DNA of 62,571 nt, counting the filler, from Chiloscyllium plagiosum (Eukaryota), in NCBI RefSeq assembly GCF_004010195.1. It is 4 parts of one record of this genome, joined end to end, with 100 filler letters (N's around TTAATTAATTAA, not from the genome) between each part and the next. Parts side by side here need not be neighbours in the genome. Positions count along the whole stretch, not along the records: positions 1 to 27,826 come from NC_057710.1; 3 more parts are not named here. One strand, written 5' to 3'. Under the pieces are notes generated by a model. That model saw only the letters and a list, made by a program, of their open reading frames with translations. It was not told the DNA's origin and ran no database searches. Positions 11,440 through 23,440 of this stretch are shown here, in pieces (the first letter of the stretch is position 1; each line of letters opens with the position of its first letter). A program made the translations under genes and the position numbers.

Positions 11440-14079
11440 TCCTCAATGTATCATCTCTGGTGGAGAATCAAATCTCCTCCCCTGGACAATGAAAAGTATT
11501 ACGTCATTGTAACCTTGACCATCCATTTAATGTAATGGTTCTTAGAGCATGAGTGTGGGTGAGTGAGGTAAGTGAGCAGTGGGGGAGGGGTTGAGGTCAG
11601 TATGTAAGGAAGGAGCTGAAGTAGGAGGTGTGGAGGTGGCAGAGTGGTAAGGTGGCAAGTGAGTAGGCTGGTAACTGGCAGATGGTTACAGGGACAGAGT
11701 GGTAAACCAGTTGGGGTACAGGTTGGTAGGTGGATAGAAGAGGTAGGTAAATGTATGAGAGCTTAAGGTAGGTCTGGCCGCGTTGGGTTGGGTGAGGGAG
11801 GAGCTGAGGGCTGTTTTCGTGCTGTACATCTCTATGACTCTGATTCTATATTGAAAAATGTTCGTGTCCAGAGGGTCTTCATCTCCAGAGAATCAGACAT
11901 TAGTAATTCTAACAAGACTGCCATGGACAGAAGCATTGGTGAGGATAAGATCAAGTAGATATTTTGCTCACATTTGTTCTCTCACCACTTGTCACTGACC
12001 CAGCCTGGTAGATATGTCCTTCAGCACTTATAATAACACAGTGGGTGAGGTTTCCCAATTTGTTATGGTTCCAGATGGATATGCCAAGTTGTCAAGCCAC
12101 TGGATGAGGAGGGGTGAACTGTTTCCCTTTCTTTATTCACTCACCCATTCAATCAACCTATTGATTGGTTGCAACAAGATCAATTTGAAAAGGATCCCTT
12201 TCCTCATGAATAGCTTTCTCTCAAATTACATGAATTTATATTTCGAAAGGAGCTAATTTAACCAGGCAAGTATGACAATCATTGCTCAACTAATCTGTTG
12301 GGTACCGCTCTCAATTTTGGTCCATGCTGCTTGATGTTAGTGAGGGAGGATTTGCAAGATCAGGTGGACTGAGTCTGATTTTCTTGATTCTATTTAGAAC
12401 ATCCCAAAGCATACATGTTACCATGAAGATGGACTATGGGAATTGAGATAATAAGGCATTATCTCATTATTTTGGGTGTTCGCCATGGAAGGTAGTTACT
12501 TTTAGGCAGGTTTCAGCTCAATTACAATCATGAGGGGAAGAGAAGCTGGAACATCTGTGTGGCTTGGAGCTTGAGAAAGAAGCCTTTAGTGACCCTTACA
12601 ATAACGCAGGAAGTAGTAAGCTTGAGCAGCGAACTTGGAAAGGGCTATAAAGAAGGTCTGAGAGCAGATTGGAGAAAGGAGTTTATCTGGACAGGGGCAG
12701 CACAAATAGTTAGTGAGGCTTATGTTTGAGCTGATGTTCCATCGGAAGTTGAAGGGTCACTTAGCCAATCAACCAAAAACTAATGGAAGATCCCTAGGGA
12801 ATATTGTACCTGAGAAGAACAGCTGGGAAACTGAGGAAAAGTAAAAGTGAATTCCAAACAGCTGTGACAAGCCTTTGGGTTGGTTTCTGAAGGAGTAACC
12901 AACCCTCCAATCTTTCTAACGATAAAGGAACATTTTGGAAGGGAAGTAAATTAAATATACGATATGTAATCAAAAAGTGTAGTGTTTAGCTTTCTCTAAT
13001 TTTTTTACATCTGTGATAACATTTGTCTTTGTTTAAACATTTAAAATCTTATTGCATAGACCTTTAAGTCAATTACTGGCTATTTGAATTTCTCTACAAA
13101 CAATGAGTGCATCAGAGAGATGTTTACTTAATAAATGGAAATTAAATCAATTCTCCACAGCTCCACTGAAAGGATTTAAACGCACACCTTGACAGCATTT
13201 ACCCAGACGCTTTAAGAATGCTAGTCTACTGACAATCCACCTAAGTAACTATCGCTACTTGGGTCCATAGTAAATAAAACACAAGAAGTACTACATCAAT
13301 AATTTCATTTTCCACACTGTCCTCTCTAATGTAATGCAATAGTGTGCATTGTACAACATCTTTTAAAATTCTAGCAAATTTTGAAACAGAATTTTACTGA
13401 CACCTGACGGCCAAAGGTGAAGCATTCATGCTATTTGGTCCTTCGTTTCCTTCTGGTTCTGCAATTAGGGTGGAAATAGATCCTTAAACATGCAGCAGCA
13501 TCTCCTTCTTACCGTGCAAACATTGTTATTGTTTATTATCTGACAAATCATCCCAGAAATTCAGTTTTTTGATATTGGGATGTGAAACTGCAAGCTACAC
13601 TCCCAAACAAAATTCATTTTTAGTCATGTCACTGCAGAAAATGCCCTTTCTATTACCAGTGGACGTGTCATAGAAAGTATCTTTGCATCTCCGCCATTTT
13701 TAATGTTTCAGTCGTTGCATGTAAAGTAAATGTGGTAGTTACTACTGAAGTCTTAACGCAGCTTAATCTGGTCAAAGCTGTTTGAAATTCCCATCTTCTC
13801 TTCCTACTCAAAAGTCTATGTTCTAATGGTATAAAATCTGTAGCTAAGCATTAGTCATAGTAGCAGCAAGAAGTCTCCAATTTAGTAGAAATGAATTTCG
13901 TGTCTGTATTTTCAGCATTTCATACTTCATTCACTTCCTTAATCATTTTTCAATAGCATGTTCCATTTTCCTAACCCAAATAAGGAATTTCCTGTTCATA
14001 TGGATTGCTCCCTTTCTGAACTAACATAGATTCATTTCTTTTCCCTTCTTAGCAATATACTCCTCAATTAAAATTGAGT

Positions 14080-14420
14080 CACAGAATCCGACAGTGTGGA
14101 AGCAGCCCATTTGGCCCATTAAGTTCACACCAACCCTCAAAAGTATAATCCACCCAGATCCACCCCCCTCATCATACATTTCGCATGGCTAATACCACCT
14201 AGCCTGCACATCTCTGGATATTATGGGCAATTTAGCAGAGTCACTTTACCTAATTTGCACATCTTTGGACTGTGGGAGGAAACTGGAGTACCTGGAAGAA
14301 ACCCATATAGACATGGGGAGAACATGCAAACTTCACTCCTACAGCCAGCCAAGGGTGGCACAGAACCAGAGTCCCTGGTGCAGTGAGGCAGCGGCGTTAA
14401 CCACTGAGCCACCGTGCCAC
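14080..14420 (-). mobile_element. HE1-like V-SINE (diverged)
   Basis: tRNA-like head (gtggcacggtggctcagtggttaa) and V-domain (ggtttcttccaggtactccagtttcctcccacagtccaaagatgtgca). Confidence 0.8.
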
Positions 14421-14429
14421 CCTCAGCTG

Positions 14430-14840
14430 CAACTCCACTTACCTGCTTGCTCCCCCAATCCTCCAACTCATTACTAATTAAAAATCTGTCCACCTCCTCC
14501 ATAAATTTACTCAATGTCCCAACATCTACAGCACTCTGGGATAGTCAATTCCACAGATTCGTGACCCTTTTGGGAGAAATAATTTCACTTTATCTCTGTT
14601 TGATCTGTTATCCCTTATCCTAAAACTATAAGTGCTTCTAGATTACCCCACATGAAGAAACATCCTCTTTGCGTTTACTTTGTCTTTCACCTTTAACATC
14701 TTATACATTTTAATTAGACCTTCTCTCCTAAACTCCAGAGAGTACAGGTCAAAATTGCTCAGTCTCTCTTCAGAAGACAAGCTCCTTAATTCTAGAACCA
14801 ATCTCATGAACATCCTCTGAACTGACTCTAATGCAACTAC
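14430..14840 (-). mobile_element. Old CR1 3' fragment
   Basis: Minus-strand KFMEEVDRFLISNEL and RVTNLWN*LSQSAVD-like end of ORF2. Confidence 0.65.
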
Positions 14841-16032
14841 CTATGAAACACGACCTTTTCAAATGTGGATCATTTCTACATCATCCCTCACCAGGAATAA
14901 CACTTGTCAGAAGGTTTCGGAGCTTTACTAACAGAATATCTAATCCTGACTCTCTCAAACAGAAATTTTTATCAGCAAGGCGTTTTCCTGTAATTATGCT
15001 GTCGATAAGAGCGGGAAAGATCAACTGGGGTTTAATTACTTTGCTTTGCAAAGTGTTTTGACCCCTCCTCCTTGGAGTAATTATGATGATATTTTGATTA
15101 CAACTCAAATATTAATTCCCGTGGGTTGGATACTGTGCCTGCTCTGGGTGGTGCTGTTGTAATATCAGCTACATCTCTGGTCAAGTTTTGCAGTCCCCAC
15201 CATAGATATCCGCTGACCACAGCAAATGAATTTAGTGCAGATATGCATTAATTGGGTATGTCTGGACAGATTATCATGCACATCTAAAATGCTCAGCCTT
15301 TTCCTTATAAAACCAATTACCTCTAAGAACCAGTGCCTCTTCCATATTTGTTTCAAATAGACGGATATACAGCTCCTTTTAAGTGACATAGAACAATATC
15401 ACTGTCACTGTGACCAATCATACGAGCCCATCAAGTCCCTCTACATCCTCTTACCCATTCAGAAGCTGAAGTTAGACAATCTAGACATGAAGAAGCAGAA
15501 GGAGAGAACAAGAATGAGGGTAAGTATCCACTAAACATTCCTGAAACTCCATTGATTTCACTGAATGGGCTCCAGCCATCTATTTTTTTAAGTATATTCA
15601 TGAAGAAGCATATCCTTTGGGAATACACATATTGACTTGCACCAATATCAGGGGACTGAAAGCCAAACCTTACATGCTAAAATTTCCTGTTATTTCCATA
15701 CTTTGTTGCTCCTGCCCTAAAATTGTCAAACTGAATGCAGTTTTATAAAATTCAAAATGGTAACACGAAAAAGGCTTGGGCAATTTGATTCAAAATATGA
15801 CAATTTGTGTAGAATCTTGAAATCGGAACAATTATTGATTTTAAAATCTTTAATCCATCTCCAAATTCCTACAAAGCCTGCCTCCAGCCTTTTTTTGCAA
15901 TCTCTTTTCACGTCCTATCCCTTTCGACACCCCGAATGTGACCTTGTAAGAGTCCCATATTCTCCTCGTTACGATTAATCCAGAACTACCAGCTGCCTCT
16001 GCTATATCCTCTTAGTCTCACTCCCTAAATAG

Positions 16033-16357
16033 GATTCACATAAGATAAGGCGTTGGGGACCGGGGAAGTGAAAATCATGGAGGAGGTGGAGGGCGTGGGT
16101 GGTGTCCCGAACGTAGGTGGGGAGTTCTTGGACTAAGGGAGACAGGACCGTGTCGAGGTGTGCAGAGATGAGTTCGGTGGGGCAGGAGCAGGCTGAGACA
16201 ATGGGTCGGCCGGGGCAGTCAGGTTTGTGGATTTTGGGCAGGAGGTAGAAACGGGCAGTGCGGGGTTGTGGGAGGTAGAAATGGGCCCGAAACGTCGATT
16301 CTCCTGTTCCTTGGATGCTGCCTGACCTGCTGTGCTTTTCCAGCAACACATTTTCAG
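16033..16357. mobile_element. PLE insertion: inverted RT fragment plus terminal repeat (family C), 16-bp TSD
   Basis: Minus strand [34 protein letters not shown] (Penelope RT), then + strand gcccGAAAcgtcgattctcc. TSD ctcactccctaaatag at 16017-16032 and 16358-16373. Confidence 0.9.
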
Positions 16358-16811
16358 CTCACTCCCTAAATAGCCAATAGCCCTTCATTTCTCTTTATAT
16401 TTCCAAAATCCTCCTGAACAATTATCCTTTAACCAATTCTTAGTCACCTGTCCACATCTCAGCTTCTGTTCTCTTTTTCTCCTCCTCTGGACATTTATTA
16501 TTTTAAATGTATTTTATAAATGCATTTTCTTTTACTGCTCATTTCTGTAAGATAGTATATTTCAGTGAGGACGAAACTTTAAAAATGATCAACGTATAAA
16601 AGGGAAAGTTATCATTAGAAAGTGATGTGTTGAAATATGCTTGAAAATGCAATCATTAGATTTGCTCTACACTGTCACAGTAATTTTTGATTACTGTACA
16701 TGTGGACAAAAATAAATTGTTTTCCTCCCTAGTTTTAGCCAAAATTTGCTCTCTTTTTCCTTTGTCCGAATTGCTTTGTGATGTTCATCATTGACACTTT
16801 TTTCTTACAGA

Positions 16812-17570
16812 CACTAGCCATTTGGATACAAAATTGGCTTGAAGCTAGGCGGCAGAGGGTAGTGGTGGAGGATAACTTTTCTGACTGGAGGCCTGTGACC
16901 AGTGACGTACCACAGGGACCACTGCATTTTGTGATTTATAGAAATGATTTGGATCTGATTATTGGAGGTAGGGTTAGTAAATTTGCAAATTAGTGGTGTC
17001 ATAGACAGCAAAGAAGGTTGCCTCAGAGTACAATGGGATCTTGATCAGATGGTCCAACATGCTGAGGGGTGGTAGATGGAATTTAATCCAGATAAACATG
17101 AAGTGTTAAAGTTTGGTAGAGCAAATCAAGGACTTAGACACTTAATGGTAAGGTCTTGAGGAGTGTTGCCCAGCAAAGAGACCTTAGAGTGCAGGTCTTG
17201 AAAGTGAAGTTGTAGATAGACAGTTTAACGAAGAAGGTATTTGATACGCTAGCCTTTATTGGTCAGTGTCTAGTGTATAGGAGTTACGATGTCATGTTGC
17301 AGCGGTAGAGCACATTGATGGGGCCACTATACAAAAGATGTTGTTAAACTTGACAGAATTCAGAAAAGATCTACAAGGATGTTGCCAGGGTTGGAGGGTT
17401 TCAGTTACAGGGAGATGCCTTTTAAATGTTGTAACTGTACCAGCCTCCACCGCTCTCTGCAGCTCATACCATACAGGCACGTTCCTATGTGTGAAAAAGT
17501 TGCCACTCAGGTCCCTTTTAAGTTTTTTTCCCTTTCACCTTAATCGATGCCCCCTAGTCTTGGACTCGGC
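16812..17570. mobile_element. CR1 RT fragment (+) with inverted 3' piece (-, from about 17410)
   Basis: [16 protein letters not shown]...VPQG on +; reverse-complement CR1 tail after 17410. Confidence 0.8.
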
Positions 17571-17779
17571 TATCAGAAACACAAATTGTATCTTTTATAA
17601 CTATGATTGTGGGAACGAATTCTTCTCATACTTCATAATAATATGGACATGTTTGACCATATTGTCCTACTTCAAGCCTCTCCTTTGTCCATCTGTGTGC
17701 CACTGACTTTGGCACGTTCTATTGTGATCTAAGCAGTTGTAGCCAGAGAATCAATTGCAATGACTTCTCTTCAAGTTCC

Positions 17780-18850
17780 AACCATCCTAACCATTACCTA
17801 CTGTGTTCCTAAGGGTTTATACTTGGTTTCCTTCTATTTTTAATCTATATGCTACCCCTTGACAAGATCATTCAACGTCACAATATAAGTTCACATATAT
17901 TCACTGATGACACCCAGTTTTGGATGGGCAGGGATTTCTCCCAAATATATATTGGTAGGGCCGGAGCCACGGTCTTTGTTCACTTCACCCCTCACCCTGG
18001 GTAATCCCGGAGACCGAACCAAATACTTTACAATCATGTGACTTTATTTGACCCTAGGATGAGTTTCCAACTCTATATTCACTCTATTACTAAGACCTCC
18101 AGGTTGCAACTCAGCCCTCATCTGAGCTCAATTGCTACTGAAACCCGATTCCAATTCTGTCTTGGCTGATCTTCCACATTGCATCCTCCTTAAATTCAGA
18201 AACATAGAGTCATACAGTTGTACAGCACAGAATCAGACCCTTCAGTCCAACTCATCCATGCTGACAATATATCTTTAACTGATCTATCCCATTTACCAGC
18301 ACCTGGCCCATATCCCTCCAAGCCCTTCCTGTTTATGTACCCATCCAGATGCCTTTAAAATGCTGTAATTGTACCCACCATCACCATTTCCTCTGGCAGC
18401 CCCACCCTTTGCATGAACAAATTGCCCCTTACGTCCCTTTGTATAATTCCCCTCTCACCTTCAACCTATGCCATCTGGTTCTGGAGACTCCTACATTCAG
18501 AACGCTGTGTTTAATATTACTGACACCACATCCCATTGACCCATTGACTTTGTGTTCATGGACCTACTTTGGCTCCAAGTCCAGAATTACTTCAATTTAA
18601 ACATTGTGATCCTTATGTTGAAATCTCTCCATTCTCTAGCTCCCTCTTTATCTCTCCATCAACTACAATCCTCTTGATACCTGTACTCATCTAAATCTGA
18701 CACCTCACGTGTTACTAGAATGAATCTCTCCACCATTGACAAGAGTCCCTGAGCCTATATTAGTCTTGGTTTCATGAATCCACTAAACCCCAGCACAATT
18801 CCATCCTTCCCTGCTCACATAAGGAACTCTTTCAAATCTAAGGGCTGACT
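17780..18850 (+). mobile_element. Decayed L2-type LINE fragments, interrupted by a CR1 tail (-, about 18205-18490)
   Basis: VPKGFILGFLLFLIYMLPLDKIIQRHNISSHIFTDDTQ (L2 RT motif around YADD). Confidence 0.65.
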
Positions 18851-18964
18851 TCGCCCATTTAAATTAAAGTGTTTTCTTGAATGATATTCATGGTACCCCA
18901 TCCACTGGCTTTGCAGTGCGTCTCTCACCCTACCTTCTGCTTTTTGCTTCATTAATTATTCACC

Positions 18965-19470
18965 TGGGCTCTTCGAGGCCCTTCTTGTGTGCATCTGTGT
19001 GGCCGAAGTGGCAAAACTTGCGCCCACACCTCCCCCCTCACTTACCTCCAAGGCCCCAAGGGATCCTTCCATATCCGCCACAGATTCACCTGCAACTCCA
19101 CACACATCATCTATTGCATCCGCTGCACCCGATGTGGCCTCCTCTACATTGGGGAGACAGGCCGCCTACTTGCGCAACGTTTCAGAGAACACCTCTGGGA
19201 CACCCGCACCAACCAACCCAANNNNNNCCTGCAATCTTATTCCCGACCTCTCCGCCCCCACCCCCTCTCCGGCCTATCACCCTCACCTTAACCTCCTTCC
19301 ACCTATCCCATTCCTAACGCCCCTCCCCCAAGTCCCTCCTCCCTACCTTTTATTTTAGCCTGCTTGGCACACCCTCCTCATTCCTGAAGAAGGGCTTATG
19401 CCTGAAACGTCGATTCTCCTGCTCCTTTGATGCTGCCTGACCTGCTGCGCTTTTCCAGCAACACATTTTA
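18965..19470 (+). mobile_element. Penelope-like element 3' part: GIY-YIG endonuclease plus terminal repeat (family C)
   Basis: CKTC-like/FTCNSTHIIYCIRCTRCGLLYIGETGRLLAQRFREH, then a hammerhead-bearing tail. Confidence 0.92.
19380..19415 (+). ncRNA. Minimal hammerhead motif (family C)
   Basis: attc-CTGAAGA-agggcttatgcct-GAAA-cGTC-gatt. Core intact; stem I is very short. Confidence 0.65.
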
Positions 19471-19599
19471 AAGCAATGGTTGGGAAAGTCTGGTATTCAT
19501 GTCATTGGCACCATATTGTCCACCCTTACCAACTCTGCAAGTTCAAAACTGTTTCTCACACTGGAGGGCAACATTAATATCACAGAACACATACCCAGA

Positions 19600-19830
19600 A
19601 CGACACTTATCTCCCAATTCACTGACAGGGACTTGGAGGTGCTAATGGATGGGATGGTGGAGAGGAGGGCAGTGCTGTATCCAGAAAATTACCACACCAG
19701 GTCCTGCCATCTGACCCAGCTAGCCTGGATCCAGAGAATGATCTGGGTCAGTGCTGTGTCCCCAGGGCAAATATGTAATGCATACCAATGCAGAAGGCAA
19801 GTTAATGACCTTCTGCACTCTGCAAGGATG
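19600..19830 (+). mobile_element. Harbinger transposon Myb/SANT-like protein remnant
   Basis: FTDRDLEVLMDGMVERRAVLYP...AW...VSAVS....NAYQCRRQVNDL has the F..(E/D)...L...W...V.AV....C....NDL pattern of NAIF1/MSANTD-type trihelix domains. Confidence 0.7.
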
Positions 19831-19984
19831 AGGTTGAAGCATCTCTCCAAGGCTTATGGCCTACCATTTTTACAACTGAATGAATTATGTTCACACAATG
19901 ACTCCTATCCACCTCACCCTCTTAAATGATTAGCCCTTCCTGTTTTACTTCTCATTCACTCACTGGGGACACTGTACCAGCTTG

Positions 19985-20455
19985 GCTAAGTTGGAGAGGG
20001 TTCAGAAGAGATTTACCAGGATGACACCAGGTATGGAAGGTTAGAGTTATAAAGAAAGCCTGGATAGGCTGGGTCCTTTTTCACTGGAGCCTAGGAGGCT
20101 GAGAGGTGACCTTACAGAAGTTAATAAAATCATGAGGGGTAGAGATAGAATTAATGATAGTTGTATTTTCCCTAGGATGGGGATTTCATGATTAGGGGGC
20201 ACATTTTTAGGTTGAGAGAGATTTGAAAAAAACCTGAGGGGCAATTTTTTAACACAAAGAGTGGTTCACGTATGGAATGAACGTCCTGAGGAAGTGGTGG
20301 TTGTGGGCACAATGACAGCATTTAAAAGACACTTGAATAGATAAAGGAATAGGAAAGGTTTGGAGGGATTGTGGGCCAGGAGCAGACAGATAGATTATGG
20401 TCAGCCTGGACTGGTTGGATTGAAGGATCTGTTTCTTTGCTGTATGTCTCTCTGA
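19985..20455 (+). mobile_element. CR1 3' fragment
   Basis: KLERVQKRFTRMTPG...RRLRGDLTEV...FLTQRVVHVWN plus tail. Confidence 0.85.
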
Positions 20456-21414
20456 CGCGATGGCTAATTGCTCTTTCACCCACTTCCATCATACACAATG
20501 CCTCCCTTTATCGCACTGCATGAAACAATGCAACCAACTGGGCTGGGTGGGCCATGACCTGTGCGATGTGACAGATGTAAGGTTTCTCAAACTTTCTTAC
20601 GAGAAAATACTGGAGCTGGCCTGATAACAGCATGATGCATATGCGGGAATGTACACAGCTCAATGAAAAACCAGCTCAGACATTGCGCTGCTGAGTAGTA
20701 CTGTTCTCCCATTCCCACCAATGCTTGGTCAACCCTAACCTGCTCAAGCCTGTATCACTCTTACACAGCTAATTCCTGCCTTCTCTAATGAGCACCCAGT
20801 GAGCCTCTGGTCTGAGGATGTCAGAGACTCCCCAGGTCCAACTCCACCTCTGAGGAGGAAGCCCCTGAACCTTCAGGGGATTCAGCAGCAAGGCGTTCAC
20901 TCGCACCCTCCACCAGCTCAGAGTCCCACTCCTTTATGGACACTCTACCTTGATTAAGCTCAGGAGAACAATCTGGAGAGTGCTACATTAGCACATTTCT
21001 CTGGCTTTTGGAGGTTACTGGGAGAGACCAGGCGCCTGCTCAGGACCTGGACAGAGGACAAGGTCATGGTGTCATGTGAAAGTGCACAGACCGTTACAGG
21101 AGCAGCGGGCAGATTTGTCAGAGCCAGCTGGTAAACTGGGTCAAAGGAGGGAGAGCTCTCCTAACACTATCACAGCCATGATGACCCCAGTATGGGAGTG
21201 TCTGGCTGTCTCCTTGGTCATAGGCAACCACCACAGAGAGCAACATCCAGCACACTCCGTGATCTGCATTCGCAATATGTGAGATCAGTCGAAGATATCA
21301 TGCATTCAATCGCACAGATGATGAAACATTTACTCAGCAACAGAAAAGATCAAGAGCTACAAAAATAGGAAAGTGTCTATGCCATTTGCATGGAGCAGGG
21401 ATTGTTTGTTATAT

Positions 21415-21512
21415 AGAGCTGAAAATGTGTTGCTGGAAAAGTGCAGCAGGTCAGGCAGCATCCAAGGAGCAGGAGAATCGACGTTTCGGGCATGAGCTCT
21501 TCTTCAGGAATT
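21415..21512 (-). mobile_element. Short PLE terminal repeat (family C) with hammerhead
   Basis: Reverse complement ttc-CTGAAGA-agagctcatgccc-GAAA-cGTC-gattc. Confidence 0.8.
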
Positions 21513-22200
21513 CCTACGCTCTGACACATCTTGCAGTGCCTACTTTGACAGGGTTGTATGGAGTTGTCCTGAAAGCCGGGCAGTTTGCTACAAACAATGA
21601 TCTGTTTGAGGGTTGGCGGTTGTTTAAAGGCAAGTAGTGGAGGTGTGGGGAAGGTCTTGGTGAGGTGCTCATCCTCATTGATAATGTGTTGCAGGTCACG
21701 CAGAACATGGCGTAGATTTTCAGCTCCTGGGAAATACTGAACAACGTTGTACCCTGACGGTTGTACCCTGAGGGTTGTACCCTGTCGGTTGCAGCACGGG
21801 CCTGTCTCCTGAGGAGGTCATTGCGGTTCCTTGCTGTGGCACATCGGAACTGGTGGTCGATGAGTTGAGCAGCGTACCCTGTTCTTGTGAGGCATCCCTG
21901 AGCACTTCCAGGTGCCTGTCAAGTTCCTCCTCATCTGAGCAGATCCGGTGTACACGTAGGGCTTGTCCATAGGGGATGGCTGTTTTAAAATGTTTTGAGT
22001 GGAAGCTGGAGAAGTGTAGCATTGTGAGGCTGTCTGTGGGTTTGCGGTAGAGTGTGGTGCTGAGGTGTCCATCCTTGATGGAGATGCATGTGTCCAAGAA
22101 TGAGACAGACAGTCGAGAGTAGTCCATGGTGAGTTTGATGGTGGGATGAAACTTGTTACTATCACTGTTTATCAGAGATTCCTCGTCATGAGTCCAGAGG
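21513..22200 (-). mobile_element. Penelope-like RT C-terminal fragment
   Basis: NKFHPTIKLTMDYS..SVSFLDT.ISIKDGHLSTTLYRKPTD...IPYGQALRVHRICS. Confidence 0.92.
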
Positions 22201-22419
22201 GTCAATGGAAAACTTGAGGTTCTCTGCAGCAGCAAAGTGGCAGCTCACAGAGGAAGGTGTACTCCCAACTGTGTCCTTAAAGCAGCTAACAGTGTCAGCA
22301 TTAAGGCACAATCATCCAAAACCAATTCCACTGGATTCCTGAGTTCCAACTCCCAAAGTAAATCTTTTTCACCCAGCTCAAAGAAGGCACTCGGATGAGA
22401 GGGGGACAAACATTGCAAA

Positions 22420-23090
22420 ATGATTTGGAGGTGTCAGTGTTGGACTGGGGTGTACAAAGTTAAAAAGCACCCACAACACCAGGTTATAGTCCAACAGGTT
22501 TATTTGGAAGCACTAGCTTTCGAAGCGCTGCTCCTTTATCAGTTGGTTGTGGAGTATAAGATCGTAAGACACAGAATTTATAGCAAAAGTTTACAGTGTG
22601 ATGGAACTGAAATGATGTATTGAAAAAGACCTGGATTGTTAGTTAAGTCTCTTATCTTTTAGAATGGACATGTTGGTTTTAGTTCTTTCATATATAAATC
22701 GAAGAACTTTTTTTTAAAGTTACACTCTCGAGTGAACTTTAACAATAGGTGCCATGTCAGCCTAGATAATGTATTTAAGGTGTGAGGTGCCCTCTGTCTG
22801 TGCCTCAATGTTCAGACTGATTCTAATCTAAAAAAGGTATTTACACAATCTTTTGGATTCATGTAGCAAAATAAAATGTAATTCTGTAAGTACAAATTCA
22901 CCCCACAAACTTATATGTGTGTGTATGTGCATGTGGGTGTATGTGTGTGTGTGTGTGTGTGGGGGGGGGGGGATATGAGTATGTGGGAGAGAGTGTGTGA
23001 GTGTGAAGGGGTATACCTCTGTGAGAAGGTGCGTGTGTGGGTGTGAGCGCGGGGAGTGTACGTGTGAGCATATGAAAGAGGGTCTGTGTT
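22420..23090 (-). mobile_element. PLE long 3' UTR/terminal repeat (family B) with (CA)n tract
   Basis: Homologous to 26546-27090; hammerhead-like motif at about 22511-22545 with CTGATAA variant core. Confidence 0.8.
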
Positions 23091-23104
23091 GCAAAAAAAG
23101 CATG

Positions 23105-23440
23105 GCAAAGACTCCTTGCTGGCTTCCTTCAAGAATTGCATCTTAGATGTCAACACATGGGAGACCCTCGTTCAGAAGAAACTGACTTGGACGACCCTCC
23201 TATGTGAAGGGACAGAATTCTCTGAGAACACCCATTGGTGAGAGGAGGTATGAAAAAGCAGCTGGCGAAAGGAATCTTGAGGTAAAGGACCACTTCTACC
23301 TCGCGGCAACACCTGCCAAACGTGTGGTTGGAAATGTGGCTCTCGGATCAGAAGCCACACTAGGATCCACAGATCCCGTGACCAATGGCATGGAATTTCC
23401 TCAGGGGACAACCATTCTTAGTAGTGAGAGTTTGCTAACA
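23105..23440 (+). mobile_element. RTE-clade LINE 3' fragment
   Basis: KDSLLASFKNCILDVNTWETLVQKKLTWTTLL..G followed by CQTCGWKCGSRI, an RTE C-terminal signature. Confidence 0.7.

Noticed and set aside
22915..22975. (GT)n microsatellite as an independent feature
   Set aside because: Part of the family B PLE 3' UTR; the same tract is seen after the ORF at 27788.
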